Shown: positions 32,004-45,809, numbered from the stretch's first letter. The stretch is DNA of 64,000 bases from Flaccisagitta enflata (GCA_965153355.1 OZ231126.1:48546001-48610000); one strand, 5' to 3'. Translations and numbers: made by a program. The notes: a model not told the origin generated them from the sequence alone.

Positions 32004-34050
32004 TCACCAAGGGGGATTGGGACTAGGATTAAACTTGATCCAAAATGGAAGGAGGCAGTTACCCTCGTGAGCCACACAATCAGCGAGGGCGAAGAATGTC
32101 ACGAGGACGAACCACAAAAAGACGAACGACAGAAAGGCTGCGAGACACAAACAAGTGTAGAGACCACGGAGATGAGATCGTCCGGAGATAAGTGGGCGAG
32201 TAAAAGGGAGATCTGCGGTCGTTCAAAGAGAGAGGATGAAAACAAGTGACGCGAGGTCACAATATCGTTGCGGACGGGTGGGCAGTACGTTGATTGCTCC
32301 GCCTGATTTTGCGGAATCGTCCCTGTGCGACCTCTCCATAATGTGAAACTTAAGATTTCATTACGAACAAGCTTATATGCGCGGCATTCTAACTTGATGG
32401 GAACCCTTTTTGGTCACGTTCGCAATGACAATCCGTGTCTTTTGTTTTTAAGTGTTTTTAAGCAGGTAATGTTTTAGGGTTAGGGGTAGGGATGGGGTGG
32501 GTTTTAGGGTTAGGGATAGAGTAGGGATTAGGGATAGGGTGAGGGTTAGGTGTGGGTTTGGTTTTATATGTTTGAGCTCGAGTAAGCTTGAATTATAGAT
32601 TTGTCCTTGTGGGGAAAAACAAGTGCACCGGATTGAATTACCTAACATGACCCCTTTTTCAGGGTTGATTTGAAGTGAACAAAAGAAATTAAAGGAAAAT
32701 CTTAAGGGGCTCCTTAAGGGGATTCTTTCCAATAAATTTTTATGTATACTTTAGATGGGTCCTAAAAAAGGTTCCCATCAATCTACAGAAGGAACCATCA
32801 TAAGAGGTGTGGAAGTTGGGTGCTTCACATAGCAAAAGTTATGAGTATCCCTTCACCCTACTTGAGTAATGTGGAGAAGCAAAAATCATAAAGATGACCA
32901 TTTTTCTTTTTTCAAAATTCCTTCATCTTTCGTTTTTGTTTTAGCTCTAAAATTTTCACAGATTTTCCTGAATTCAGCAAAATCCTGTGTAATTTTGTTA
33001 CAAAAAGGGCAATTATTTGTTTAAGAAAATCATGATATATGTAAAAAATAAACTAAAATATAAACTATGAAAGAGCTCATGAAAAAGCAGATTAACAACT
33101 TTATCAAGAGTAAAAATTTATAATAGTTAATTCAAAAATATCAGCCTATTGTTTTATCCCACTGCATTATGCAAATTAGGTCCTCAAAAACAATTTTCTA
33201 AAAAATGGAAGATAAATGATTTTTGATAAAAAAAAAAATGGTAAGAGTCCTAAATTTAGCCACTCCATATTTGGTAAAGAGGGTGAAAAGAAGTAACCAA
33301 CTTTTGCTATGTGAAGCACCCAAGTGTGGAGGGTCCAAAAGTTATAGCCCCCCCCTACAGCCCAAGCTAATACTACTATTCTTTTACTTTAGGCAGCAGT
33401 TTATATCTTAGGTAAAAACAATTTTTTTCATCCGAGCTTTGTTTGAGATTACTCCCAGAATCACTACAATTGATTTTTTTATGCTAAAATTTGAGTATTT
33501 TCAAAACCCCCTCAAAAATAAGAAAAATTAAAGATTTAAAAAGGTTCAAAAATCGCCTTGATGAAAAAATTTTTATTCACCTGAAATATAAACCATTACC
33601 TTATTGAAAAATATAAGCAGTGGTGTGAGTGGGGTGCTATAATTTTGGTCCCTCCTCTTATAATGGTTCCTTCTGTATAAAGTTGCGCATAGGCTCATTT
33701 GACAAAAAATCATAAGGGTCACACTATGAAGAGGTCGCATGAGGACAATTCAGCAAAGTCAGGCGGAGCAACCAACGTGGTGGGCGGGGGCGTGTAACCT
33801 CCCCATTCCATACTCATCCACGATACACACAGACATTCGCAAATGTTGCAGCACAAATGCGATTTTCGCACTTTTCAACTCATTCATCGCCGACCAATGG
33901 ATGGACAGACGGACGGACAGACGGACGGACAGACGGACGGACAAAGCCTCTTATAGTTAAAGAGTAGCATGTCCGGAACATAACGTAAGATAGAAAAGAA
34001 ACTCGGTCGATCAGGCAGGTAATTTCAGCAAGAGAGAGAGAGAGAGAGAC

Positions 34051-34098
<48 letters not shown>

Positions 34099-37000
34099 AC
34101 ACACACACACAGACACACACACTTTGAACAAACTCACGTGTGCTCACACACGCACACACAGTCAGACACAGGAAGATAGAAAGGAAATAATGCCAGATAC
34201 AGGGCCACCCAAGCCGCTGACGGGCAGAGGTAAATCGCCCATTTATGCCTACCGACCGACCAACCGAGAGACAAAGGGGGGAAGAAAGGAAGAGGGCTGG
34301 GGAAATAAACGATCGCTCACCGATTATTCCATCCGTCTGGGAGTGACTGTCCTTTAATGGAAGTCGAGATTGATCCATCTTGGCAATTGGAGAGGGCAAT
34401 TCCAAAGAGGCATCGATGGACATGTCGACGGAACCACGCGCGGGCGATCCGGCATTGATGCCAGCTCGTTTCAACGGTGAACTGATCGATGACGCCGAAC
34501 CCGCGGCTTCCAACGCCGCCGTATCATCGAAGAACTCGACAAGCGGCTGGACGCCAGGGAAACCGCCTTCCGTACCGGTCATGGACAACTCTTCTCGGCC
34601 GTCTCTGCCTTTTCCATTGCTCAAGTCTACATATTCTTGGAAGAAAGCGGCGTCAGATCGGTTAGAACCTTTTGGCGACGATGCGGCCCCGTCCGAGGCT
34701 GCAGGGTCAATCAAGGGACTGAAAGGAGTTCAGATCAAGGATATGAGGGTGGGTACTGATTATTTAATGCCTTAGTGTTGTCTTTCGTCAATCGGTTTCC
34801 CTCGATGAAAAAGAAGAAAGAACAATTTCAGCATTGAATGCAGTGTCGAAGGTCATGGTTTTTTTTCACTCGCACAAGATCGAAATTTCAAGTTAGCCAA
34901 ACGTGGAAAATTTGGCATATTTAGAAATGGGACTTCGACCGCTCACGTTATTTATCGCCGGCTGAGCGACTCTGTAAGCGGCTGTGTCGGTAGGTAGGTA
35001 AGTATGTTATACGAAATTTTAGACGGCGCGAAATCGGCCAGCCCACCTGGATACTGCCCACCTGGATACTACCCCTGTCAACCTGTATCACTACCCCTGC
35101 CCACCCGCCAGCGATAGATATCAACATGGTATTGAGCCATTATGTTTGGCAATAGTTAAGCATTTTGAATACTGACCGACTTATTTTAGGATGATAACTG
35201 ATTACTGTATTTATTGCCTTTGGGTTAGATTGAGAAGAAATGTTTTTCAAATTCTGTTATATGGAAAACTAGGAGTGGTGCGCGTATAAACTAGTCAGTG
35301 AGGGTTCACAAGGCCCTCTTCCATTAATTTCAGTTTGGGTATAGTGAAGGATATCGTTCCACTTTTCATAACAAACCATTTCAATATGACAGAAATTGTT
35401 AAAACTTTCGAGCCAGAGCTAGACCTTTCTGTCCCGATTGACCCTCGCTTCCATGGAGTTTGTTTCCTCGTAGCGATTACTCCCGGCTTCGGTAAGTTGG
35501 CCCCGCTCTTGTTGTAATTCGATAGGTGACTGTCATTATTATTCTCGTCATCAGCGTCGCCATTGACCGAGGATTCGCAAGTCGAATAGCTAAATTTCTT
35601 CTCGCGATAGTTATTCCCAAAAGTTGTTAACCTACATCCAGAGAAGAAATAAAGAGGGCGTGTCCCTTGGTGGGTTTGTCCGTCCGTCACGTGAAAAACT
35701 TAGGTTAAAGCAAAATCGGCTGAGCATATCGAGCCCCTGCCCAGTCACATTACAGCCCCCGCCCACCTAGATACTACCCATGCCTACCTTCCTAACTACC
35801 CCTACCCACCCGCAAGCAACTACTTATAGGCCATTTATCCGATCTTGTTCAGTTACATACCACTTGCAGTTTGTTCCTTGTTCAGCTCAGGAAGGATCTA
35901 AACATATCAGCTTATTAGTTGCGGACACGCAACTCTATAAAATGCTTTGTCCGTCCATCTTTCAGTAGGTCATCCGTGATGATCAAGTCTTATAGTGAAA
36001 AAACGCGCATTTATGATGCTGCAGTTTTAATTGTCTGTGTGTGTAAGTAAGAATGTGATGAGGGAGGGTGTGGCATGACTGTTTGCCCCTGCCCAGTGCC
36101 CCTCCGCATCCGTCCCCAATAATATTGTGACCCCGCGTCACTTGTTAAATGCCCGTTAGAATACCTTTTCAACGTTTATCCGAGAACAAGCCAAAATTTC
36201 AACGCTAGCCATAAAACTAATCAAAAGGAAGGAATGAGTTACCTGCACATCCAAATCGGTTAGCGGACTTGGTGCATCAAACTGCAACAGCACCCTCACC
36301 TTTGCAATTCGTTGTTGACAAGAGGAGATTCGGGTGCCACATCTGTGCCGTAAAGCGACGCAATTCGAGACTTCGACTGACGCCTCTCTTTACTCTCATC
36401 TGACCACTTGACAGAGAGTTCGGTAGATTCATCTGTATGCCGACTTCTGTCATCTGGTTTGCTCGAATCAATTTCGGACACGTCAAGATGTCGACAGTCT
36501 GAAGATTCTCCGTTGCCATTGACGCAGCTGGTTGAATTACTGGTGCCGCCACTGCCGCTGAAGGAGCTGAAGCGAAGCCTTTGTCTGACCAACGAAGTGC
36601 TAGTATCCGCACCCTCGAGTGAGGGTACAGATGCTAGACCGGGTAAATGCAGGCAAAAATTAATGTGAAAACCACAATAAGTGAATCAAGACTGACCATA
36701 GCGTCAATAATTCTGTCCTTTTTCTGGTTCTTACTTAAACGCCTTTGCTTGAGAAAACTACCTTGACATGAGAAAAATTGATTGAAATTGGTGTTGTTTG
36801 GAAAGCTCATCGAAAGATTTTTCATTTGAGTTGTGTCTGGAATATTTCGCTAAAACGGTTTGAAAGTTAAAGCATTCAAACAGAGAATGTAAAAAACCCA
36901 AAATTTTGAAAAAACCTGAAAAAACCCGGTTTTTTGAAAAAACCCGTTTTTTTTAAAAAAACCCGGGTTTTATCAGGGTTTTTTTTAAAAGTTACTTGTG

Positions 37001-40000
37001 CTACTGTAAAGACATTCTAAACTGGGATATATTTATGTTCAATAAAGTAATCATAAAATAGGGATACTTAAATAATGTAATAGGCAAACTCATGTATGAA
37101 TAATATCTACTACTACCAGCCATATTTTCTTGATCTTATTGAATCAAAGTGTAACTGGAGAAAAACAAAGACAATGCAATCATGTAAAAAACAAACTTGG
37201 TGCCAAGTATAGAGCTGATGAATTGTTTCAATTGGTGAATTTCACAGATTGTATTAAGCTAGTAGGATGAGAATTCTTTAGAAACATTAAGTGTCCTATC
37301 AGGTTGAACTAAACATTGAAGGAATTGAGCCACATGTATGAGTCCTGGTTGCCAAAACTTTGCTGAGGTCCCAATCCTGAGCATGAGAAAAGAGACATCA
37401 TCAGTTTGATCTATAAAATGTCAGAATCAGTCAATTCATCAACAATTTGCTGATTAAGTAATAAGAAATGAATAGATTAAATTGAGAGAAACTTTATTTT
37501 ATGAAGATAAATGTTTTTAAGCAGCACACAATCATAAAAATACATTTTTAGTCGCGTAAACGCGACTCTAGAAGCCGCTATGTCGGTCGGTCGGTCGGTC
37601 CGTAACAAAAACAAATTAAAGCCTTTTTATCTATCTTTATGGTCATTTTAATCATTTAAAATGTAAAATAAATCATTTAAAAATAATTCCAGTCATTTTA
37701 AGTCACTTTAGTCACCTCTAACTTGTTTTAGTATTTTGCATCCTGTAGGTCAGAAAAGTTGTCTGGGACTATAATTGTTGTTACATCAAGTGATCACTGC
37801 CTGTGCTGTATTCCGTGGTCGCTGCCTTCTAATTGAGAGCAGGCATACCTGGATTATGAAGATAACTATTATGAAGATATGAAAGATAAGTAGTATGAAG
37901 ATAGGTAAATTTAGACAGATATAAATATAAGCATTGTTAGGTAACTATTATTTATCATGTAGTTAGTTTAATTACCTTAATTACATTTATTACCCTAATT
38001 ACCACGCGACTAAGGTTTGTTGACCTTGTTTTTGAAAAAACCCGGGTTTTTTTCAAATTTCTTTGAAAAAGCCCAATAAAACCCGGTAATAAAACCCGGG
38101 TTTTTTCAAGCAGGTTTTATTGCCTTACATTCCCTGCATTCAAAGTAGTTTAGTTTAAGTTTTGATAAGCCGATAACGGCCAGATTTATTGACGCTATAG
38201 TTACCTTGAAAAGTATCAAAATCAAATTCTTTTTGCTTAGGTCTGAGTATAGCGATTGATAATCATTAATTTTAATCTATCTTTTAGTGAGATAAAAGTG
38301 AAATTAACAATTATCCCGTAGTGCCTTACCAGTAGACGGGCTGAGTTTCACACGATTCCTCGTGGTTTCATCGATTAAGTCCTTCACAAAATCTCTGATG
38401 AGGCGAAACGCGGAGACGCAATGACGGAACGTGTCATCTAAACCGGTATTTCCGTTTGGAAGCGCCGAAGGTGAATGCGCGGAGTCATTTGCCGCCACAA
38501 CGTCCTCAGTAGGCGCCTCAGAAGCCTCAGCGGTGGTGAGATTCTCGACATCCTCCGCGTGTTTGGAGGCGTCCCGATGCGCAGACGATTCGAGAGCGTC
38601 GTCAAAGTCAAGGTCAAGAAGACGAGACAGATCAGATTGAGTTGAAATTTTGTGGTCGTAATTATCGTTATTGTTGTTGCGTAAGTCCGCGATGACGTTG
38701 GCAAGCAGATCCACTCCACGCACAAGACTGAAGTACTTCCGCTCTAGGGACTTCTTGCGTCTTAGTATTACGATGAAACGGTTCTGTATAAAGTCGAAAT
38801 GAGAAATGATAAAATAAAAATATAGACAAAAAATGTTTTTTTTTGGCTTAATCAAGCGTGTCTGGCTATGTAACGGAGTAAATTGAACGAGTTGGCACCT
38901 TGATATCGTCGATTTTGACGTCCGCGATCTCGCTGAAAATAGAGTTAACGAAAAACGAGGGACTGTCTTCGACTCCAGTGGTGTCATCCCCGGTCAAGTT
39001 GCCGGGAAACTCCTCCGTCAGATCGCCGGCCGAAACGTCCGTCCGATCGATCTCGTAAACCCAATCCGCCATGTCGGTCAGGTTTCGTTTAAAGGCGCGC
39101 TTCTCTATCGTGCTTTGGTTATCGCCGCTGATGTGACTGTCGTTACGACTGTCGTCTTCGACTTCGTCATGATGAATTTCGCCGGCGGTTAGAGAAAGTC
39201 TGCCGGAGGAAAAACACTGAAGGTGAAGGGGAAAGGGGATTAGGCAATTACAACGATGCAACGGATTTAAAGCTGAATCAAAACATTTTCGCAATAAGCG
39301 TGATGAGATTCATGCCCGAAAGACTTTTGTTTCTGCAAGAATTAGGGCGAGCCTTTTGTTTTATCAGGACGCACTTCATAAATCCGAAAAAAAGTTGGAA
39401 GACGTTGCTTAAAGCCGATGGTAGATTTTGAGTTCGTAATTAAGTGTATTTACCTAAATTTTTACCGGAGTTTCTCAGTAATAGTTGGTTTATTCCGCAA
39501 AACTTTCCCCTGATGAAAAAGAGGCTCGTCCGTCCCTCAGTTGGAACAGTCTTACAATTCAAACGGGAAGTTGTACATTATACAGGCTAGGGAAGTGAAA
39601 ACGATCTCCCAAAGCAGTCTCTCGTTTTATTACAATCATCATTGCTTCATGTGGCCATCATCGTGTCATCACCACACCTGGTTTTCTCCAGTCCAAGCAA
39701 CGGAACGTCGGAGCTGGGATCCTCACGGAGACTCCTTCCAACAACTCCACTCAGTTCCTCATGGATGGAATTCCTCATAGACTGCGTGCCAACGCACTCC
39801 GCGGTCGACGAGCCTCTTCGGTCAAACACGACGTCGGCGATGGGCGATGCCACGATACTGCAATCGGCCGACGTCATGCCAATGGAAAAGTCATCATCCA
39901 GCGTAGACAGACCCTCGAAAACGTTCATATGATAACCAAACATGAGCAAATTTCCAACCTCCCAGATTCTCAACAAGAATCAAAAGAACCGATGCCCAGC

Positions 40001-42279
40001 TCGAAAGATCTGCAGTCATTTTCGCGCTTTTTAATGCCTTAGTATTTTACAATGTTTGACATATGATCAGCATTCAGCAACTAAGATTATTTTCTATAAT
40101 TCCAAAAATTTGATTCTGATCTATCCAGGGGTGAATAAAGTTGAGCATTCCCCCCTCCCCCGAGGGGGGGGGGGGAATAAAATCAAAGGGTTCAAAGATG
40201 GGAAGAAAATCAAAGAGGAGAAAGAAAGAAAAAACAAAATTTTTAAAGATTCTACACTTTTGACAGTTCTGAAAGATAGTATTTGACTCTTGCAACACTA
40301 TTTTACACTACTCTGACCATATTTATACTCTATGGGGTAGAAAATCAAACAATTTTTCAGCCCGGCGGTGAAGAAAACCAAAGACCAGGGGGGGGGGGGG
40401 AAAGAAATCAAAGGCCGCTCAACTTTACACACCCCTGGATCTATCATCCCAATTAAGTATCAGATAATGTAATATGTTAATAGCTCAACGTTTGGTCATC
40501 ATGTGATTACAAGAGCAAAGTCGCCGTCATCATCCTCGCCTCCTCTTCCTCGCCTCGTTCCGCAACGCTTCGAATCGTCGAAATACTCATCCAACTCCTT
40601 TGAGAGCGACTCGAGACTCTTGAGAGACGTCAGCTCCATCTTGACGTCGATGAGATCCGCTTCCACACTCGCCTTTTCGCCGACGACGCGACTTAGCTCC
40701 GTCTCCGTCGATTCCAATTTTAAGCGCAGTTCCTCCAAAACGTCTTCGCGTTCCAACGCGTCTGTTCGGCACCGCAGGAAAAAATGTTAACACAACAAAT
40801 TACGTCGAAAACGGCAAGAGAGTAAAAAACATTATTCGAGAAAAAGCCCTAGATTTCATACATCGGTTCTGACTTGCTATAGATCTCCCGGAATAACCCT
40901 AGATATTCCTCAACCTTGAACTTAACACTTCAAAGTAAGCAAAATCATTTTGCCAAACCCCTCATCCTTCAAATTTGCACTTCACCTTTATTCATCTGTT
41001 TCCTGGCGGCTTCCATCTCGGCAATTTCGTCTTCCATCGATTTGCATTCTGACCGCAAATCCTCGAATTCTTCCTTCAACTGTTTCAGCTCTTTTTTTAG
41101 TCCCGTTGCCGTGGCCTCCCATTTCGCCTTCTTCGCCGCTTCCTCGTCACGCTCCTCCTCCGCAACTTTCAAATCCTCCGCTAACATGACCACTTTACGT
41201 TTTGATTCTTCGAATTTGTCCAGATTTTGCAGCAGCGATTGGTTTTTCTCACTTAGTTGCTTCTTCTCCGAGAGCAGGGTTTGGATCAAGTCATCAGCTT
41301 GCTCCAATTGACTGTTACGAGGAATGATCAATTGGTGTGGATGAGGGTGGAGGGGGGAGGGGGGATATACAAGGGAAGGAAATCGAAAATCTTGGGAAAT
41401 CATTTTAGTGTCAGTAACCCGAGCACAAAGCGCCAGTAAATCTGTGAGTTCAAACGCGGGATACACTTTTTTTTATAGGAACGTCATTTTTTTCGAAAGC
41501 TTTATGTTCTTATTTTCAAGGCCAAATGAAGCCTTCAACATTCTTAGAGCATTCTTAACTTCAAATACTATATAGAATATAAGAAAACTTATAATATACT
41601 ATCACTCAATTATACTTAATATATTTCTATTAAATACTGTTAAAACAAATACCAATCATTAAAGTTTAGGGATATTTTCAAGATACTTATTTAAAAATTG
41701 TAGAATATTATCTAAATTATACTAAAATTCAAGTGTTTTCTTAATGTTTTATAAATATCATCGTAAGCAAAATTTTTTTTTCAAGATTTGAACCCTTTAT
41801 ATGTCCTTTGAATATTCTTAATTTTGGGGCTATTTGAAGCCTAGACATTCTTATAAACTAGGTTCTTATAAAAAAAAAAAAAAAAGAGTATTTCCTGCTC
41901 CTCCTTTGTCCATCTGTCCTCCCCCACCCCGACCATTAGGCCCAAATCGCATACACTGGAATCTAGGGTCAATGCAATTTAAGACCATCTTAAGCTTTGG
42001 AGACTTACCCTTTATGGGCAGTGGCCCCAAAGGGAACAAGGTCTGGTAGAACACACTTTCGTTCATTCATTTGTCTGTTTGTCTGTCTGTTTATTCATCC
42101 CCTGTGTTCTACAGGATTTCATCCCCTTCAGAGCCACTACCCTACTTCCTCTCATCCCAACTAATAATCATGCAAAGCAGGGCAACGGGAATCGTTGACC
42201 ACATATCGCCCTTGGGCGACCTGTTAGTATTGCAACTATAAGAGGCTTTGTCCTTCGGTTCGCCGGTCTGTGATGATCT

Positions 42280-42333
<54 letters not shown>

Positions 42334-45014
42334 AGTGAGTGAGTGAGTGAGTGAGTGAGTGAGTGAGTGAGTGAGTGAGTGTGTGTGTAATTTTTGTTAC
42401 TTTAATTTCATTTCTCAAATTTCATTTTTTGTATGTAACTTAATTAAAAGATACTTAATTCCTTGAACATACTCGGCTGTCAAAAACAATAACTCGTGAA
42501 ATCATGCATGAAGACATCACGATGAAGTGTTTTAACCCAGACTATTGGATTCAGCAGAAAGTTTTAACTATACTAGAATAAGAACAGCTCAGTCAGACAA
42601 TCATTTCAGATTTTATAGCCATTTAAAGTTTTTAAGGACAATTGTCTCAAAATAATTTAGGACAATTGTCCTTAAAAACTTTAAATGGCCATAAAATCTG
42701 AAAAAAATTGTCTGACTGAGCTGTTCTTGTAGTCTAGGATAGGTAAAATTTTCTGCTGAATCCAATGGTGTAGGTAAAAACACTCCATGTTGACGTCTTC
42801 ATGCATTTTGACAGCCAAATATGTTCAAGGAATTAAGTTTCTTTTAGTAATGTTAGATACAAGAAAAGAAGTTTGGGAAATGAAATTAAATTGACAAAAA
42901 TTAATCCTCCAGTTTCAGCCGGGTTTGCTCGGAAGGTACTGTATGAGGGTTGTTTTTTGGACAGCGGTCCCGGGAGGGACAGAGACCAAACCACATATGA
43001 ATCCTCCAAGACCACAAACATGCTCTTGACCTATCAGTAGCAGGGCAACGGGTATCGCTCACCACAACTCATTTTGATCTTCATCATGGTTTGAGTAAGG
43101 AAGTACTCCAGATCTAGAATACCATATTTCAGCAAAGAAAATGAGGAGACACCTTTTCAAATTTCCGTTATCCTCTTGCAACGAGTTGATGGCGTGATCC
43201 CTGGCGGCGATTTCGCCCGCGACGCCGCTTCTACCGCCTGCGAAGTTGGCGTCTTCGTCTTCATCATCGTCGATGCCTCCCAAACCCGCGGCTACGAGCG
43301 AGGTGTTGCCGCTGCCCGAGCAGAAGTAAGGAGAATTTACCACAGACTCGTTCAAAACGCCACTACGGCCCAAGATGGAAGAGTTTAATTGTGGACTGCA
43401 AGTCAAATAAAAGAAAAAACAACTAATGAACAGTCACATCTCACCGAAACCAATTTCTTGCGTTTCATTGACGTTAATTTACTGGGCCTATTCAGCGGTG
43501 TACCCAATACACGAGACAGGATAGAAACAAACCTGGTCAAGATACTCTGAGTTAGATCGTGTATGGATTTCCGCCTTTGCTCATCTTTTTTGCGGCACGC
43601 GTCCGTCGTGGTTCGAGTTTTGGACGAATCTTCTTGGATGTCGTTGGCCCAAAGCAGCGCCTCTTGACGAAATCGAGAAGCCTCTACTTCGCAGTCGACT
43701 CCTTTTGGGTCGAGACGACGCTACATAAGGAATCGAGAGGGAAATTAGGGAGAATAAAACGGGGAAAAATGCATATCCAAGGGAAAGAAGGGTGGAGCAG
43801 CGACATGTTAACTGATCAGAAAATAGGAAATCTCTGAGTCACAGCACAATTTATGACGGGTATTTTCAGCAGCAGCAACGTTGCAACAATAAAAGTGCTG
43901 CATTAAAACAACGATAAAACAAGGCAAAGTTAGGGCCAATCTGCGCGCTTCGATGACTAAGAATGAATGAATGACTGGGTAAATGAATGAGAATATACAT
44001 CCCGCTATAACGAACCCGTGAGAAACGGAAATCCGCCAAGAACAGATGAAATCTAAATTCTATCACATTTTGAATTTTATATTAGCATTAACAATAATCC
44101 AATGGCCGACTAAAACGAAGAAATTGCCTGTCTCATGGCGTCCGTTATTGCGGGGTTCAACGGCATGAGGGAAAACTAATGCAAGAAGAAGGAATCGGCC
44201 GTGTTTGGTAATTTAAACATTTGCGTGACCGACCGGCAGACCAACCAACCAACTGACGGACAGACACGACCTTTTGTAAATATGCGACGCACACAAAACA
44301 CCAAACCTGCAATGCGACTAATCCCTCGTAATTTTGCTCGTCAGCATTCGTAATGCCCGTGATATAATTGACAAGCTGCGAGACGCGAACGCGCCCGATG
44401 TCTCCCAAATCACAGGCCGCGAAAACCGCATCGAACAACGAGGCGTCAATCACGCCAGAATTGGCGGCGGGGGCTTGAGATGGGTGTGAGGGCGACGGTG
44501 TTTCGACCGTTTCAAGAGCGACGCCATCTCCGGCATTAGCTTGACTGCAATCGTCTGGGAAGACTGCATCAAAAACTTCCCGACGACCGGAGCTGTTGCT
44601 CCGACTTAACTGATGAGCTTCCACAGGCGCCGCCACTTCATGTCTTCCAACTTCATTGGTCACTCCTCCATCCCGCGAGAATCCTCGCATCGGATCCAGA
44701 TTGAAGCTTCTATCGAGACTCGAAGAGGACGAAGAAACGGAGCTAAAGTGAACGGAGGCGGAAGTTTCCTCCGTGAAACCGGATATGTTAATCAGCTTAC
44801 CAACGGGGAGGTGACTATCGGCGACCGGGAGGCTACCCTCACCACCAGCTCGTTGAAATGAGAGGGTAGAGTTAAAGGGGGCTGTCCGTAAAGCATCTCC
44901 ATCCGTACCGCCTTGGACAGGAGAAGTCGGTGAGGCAATAGACGAATTGTTCAAGTCAGAAATATCGGAGAGATTCAAAAGGTTACCTACCTTCACATTG
45001 TTCGTCGCTGTCAT
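32004..45014 (-). CDS. KASH5 (CCDC155)/LRMP-like outer nuclear membrane protein, ~1284 aa; exons in transcription order 45014-44307, 43720-43533, 43395-43153, 41311-40986, 40761-40511, 39913-39678, 39199-38899, 38783-38330, 36633-36300, 35631-35425, 34718-34321, 32212-32004
   Basis: Twelve exons join in frame (3855 nt). An EF-hand-like segment LFDAVFAACDLGDIGRVRVSQLVNYIT...LVALQ|RRLDPKGVDCEVEASRFRQEALLW resembles the KASH5/LRMP N-terminus. A coiled coil follows (exons 3-5), then a long low-complexity region. The last exon encodes a TM helix (LYTCLCLAAFLSFVFLWFVLVTFFAL) and luminal tail ADCVAHEGNCLLPFWIKFNPSPNPPW*. Confidence 0.8.
32786..33675. mobile_element. Tc1/mariner-like MITE interrupted by the 32816-33323 insertion
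   Basis: TA-CAGAAGGAACCATCATAAGAGG ... CCTCTTATAATGGTTCCTTCTG-TA. Confidence 0.75.
32816..33323. mobile_element. Second copy of the 9-bp-TSD MITE (inverted), nested in a TA-flanked MITE
   Basis: TIR TTGGGTGCTTCACATAGCAAAAG / CTTTTGCTATGTGAAGCACCCAA; TSD GTGTGGAAG/GTGTGGAGG. Confidence 0.8.
36881..38136. mobile_element. Non-autonomous hAT-like element, same family as 11933-13111 in opposite orientation (nested HINE-like copy at about 37545-38030)
   Basis: TIR CAGAGAATGTAA / TTACATTCCCTG; perfect 8-bp TSD CATTCAAA; subterminal AAAAACCCGG repeats. Confidence 0.85.
40126..40437. mobile_element. hAT-like MITE (partial related copy at about 10430-10643)
   Basis: TIR CAGGGGTGAATAAAGTTGAGC / GCTCAACTTTACACACCCCTG; perfect 8-bp TSD GATCTATC. 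Confidence 0.85.
42455..42836. repeat. ~380-bp palindromic element bounded by TTAA
   Basis: TTAATTCCTTGAACATA...GGCTGTCAAAA / TTTTGACAGCC...TATGTTCAAGGAATTAA, with a centre near 42650. Confidence 0.8.
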
Positions 45015-45754
45015 GGTCAATCTAATGCTTAAGGATGAAAAAATGAATAACAGATCTATGGCATCCGTAATATCTAATGATCATTTCAGAAAAATTCACT
45101 TTCACAATCAAAACAAACATGTGTCAAACTGTTAACAGTTACTTGATTAACCTGAAACAATCGGTTGTGTCATATTACAAAAGGTTTTTTGATCGCTTCA
45201 TCAACATCAGGGGGCATGGGGGGACAAATTCTAAGAAACTTAGCGTTTTTATTTTTTTAAATTTCATACGTCTTCCGTTTTTTTAGCAACGAAAACTATA
45301 TTCGCTGTTTATATATTCCTCCCTCGTTTACGTCATCGATGACTTCGTTTTCGAACGTCACCTCCAGTGAATGATCATTGATCGTTTTACGGGTTCATCT
45401 TGGTGCTCAAATATGTTTCGAAATGTTTCCGCTTAAGCTAGTGACAAGAGCAATGCAAGTTGTGTATCAGCGAATTGATACAAGAACGCATAGGCTGTAA
45501 ATGCTCCTGCATTAACAACGCTGCGTTATGCAAATTAAGTATTCAAACAGAAAATTCCGAAGACGTCGCCCGCGAACTTGTGAAGCCTGTTCGTACACGT
45601 TATACGATGAATTGAGCTAAATCGAGTCATGCTTAATATGACGACGGTCAAATGAACCTGTACGAATTGAGGCGCCTCTCTGGAATGGTACAAAGCAGGA
45701 TGAACACGAAGTGAGGGGAAGATGATCGCAGACAACAGTTACATGTTGTTTGAA

Positions 45755-45809
<55 letters not shown>

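Noticed and set aside
31862-32077. ORF-track frame containing PIPPL as a candidate KASH end
   Set aside because: Wrong phase and no TM; the spliced frame ending PNPPW at 32004 has the TM and fits the upstream donor.
36243-36281. Possible extra 39-nt exon of the KASH-like gene (AG...CAG|GTAACT on the minus strand)
   Set aside because: In the phase required by the neighbouring exons it contains a stop codon.
8617-45014. REEP + orphan + KASH genes as a functional ER/nuclear-envelope cluster
   Set aside because: Adjacency in a eukaryotic genome is weak evidence; no shared regulatory element or synteny data is visible.
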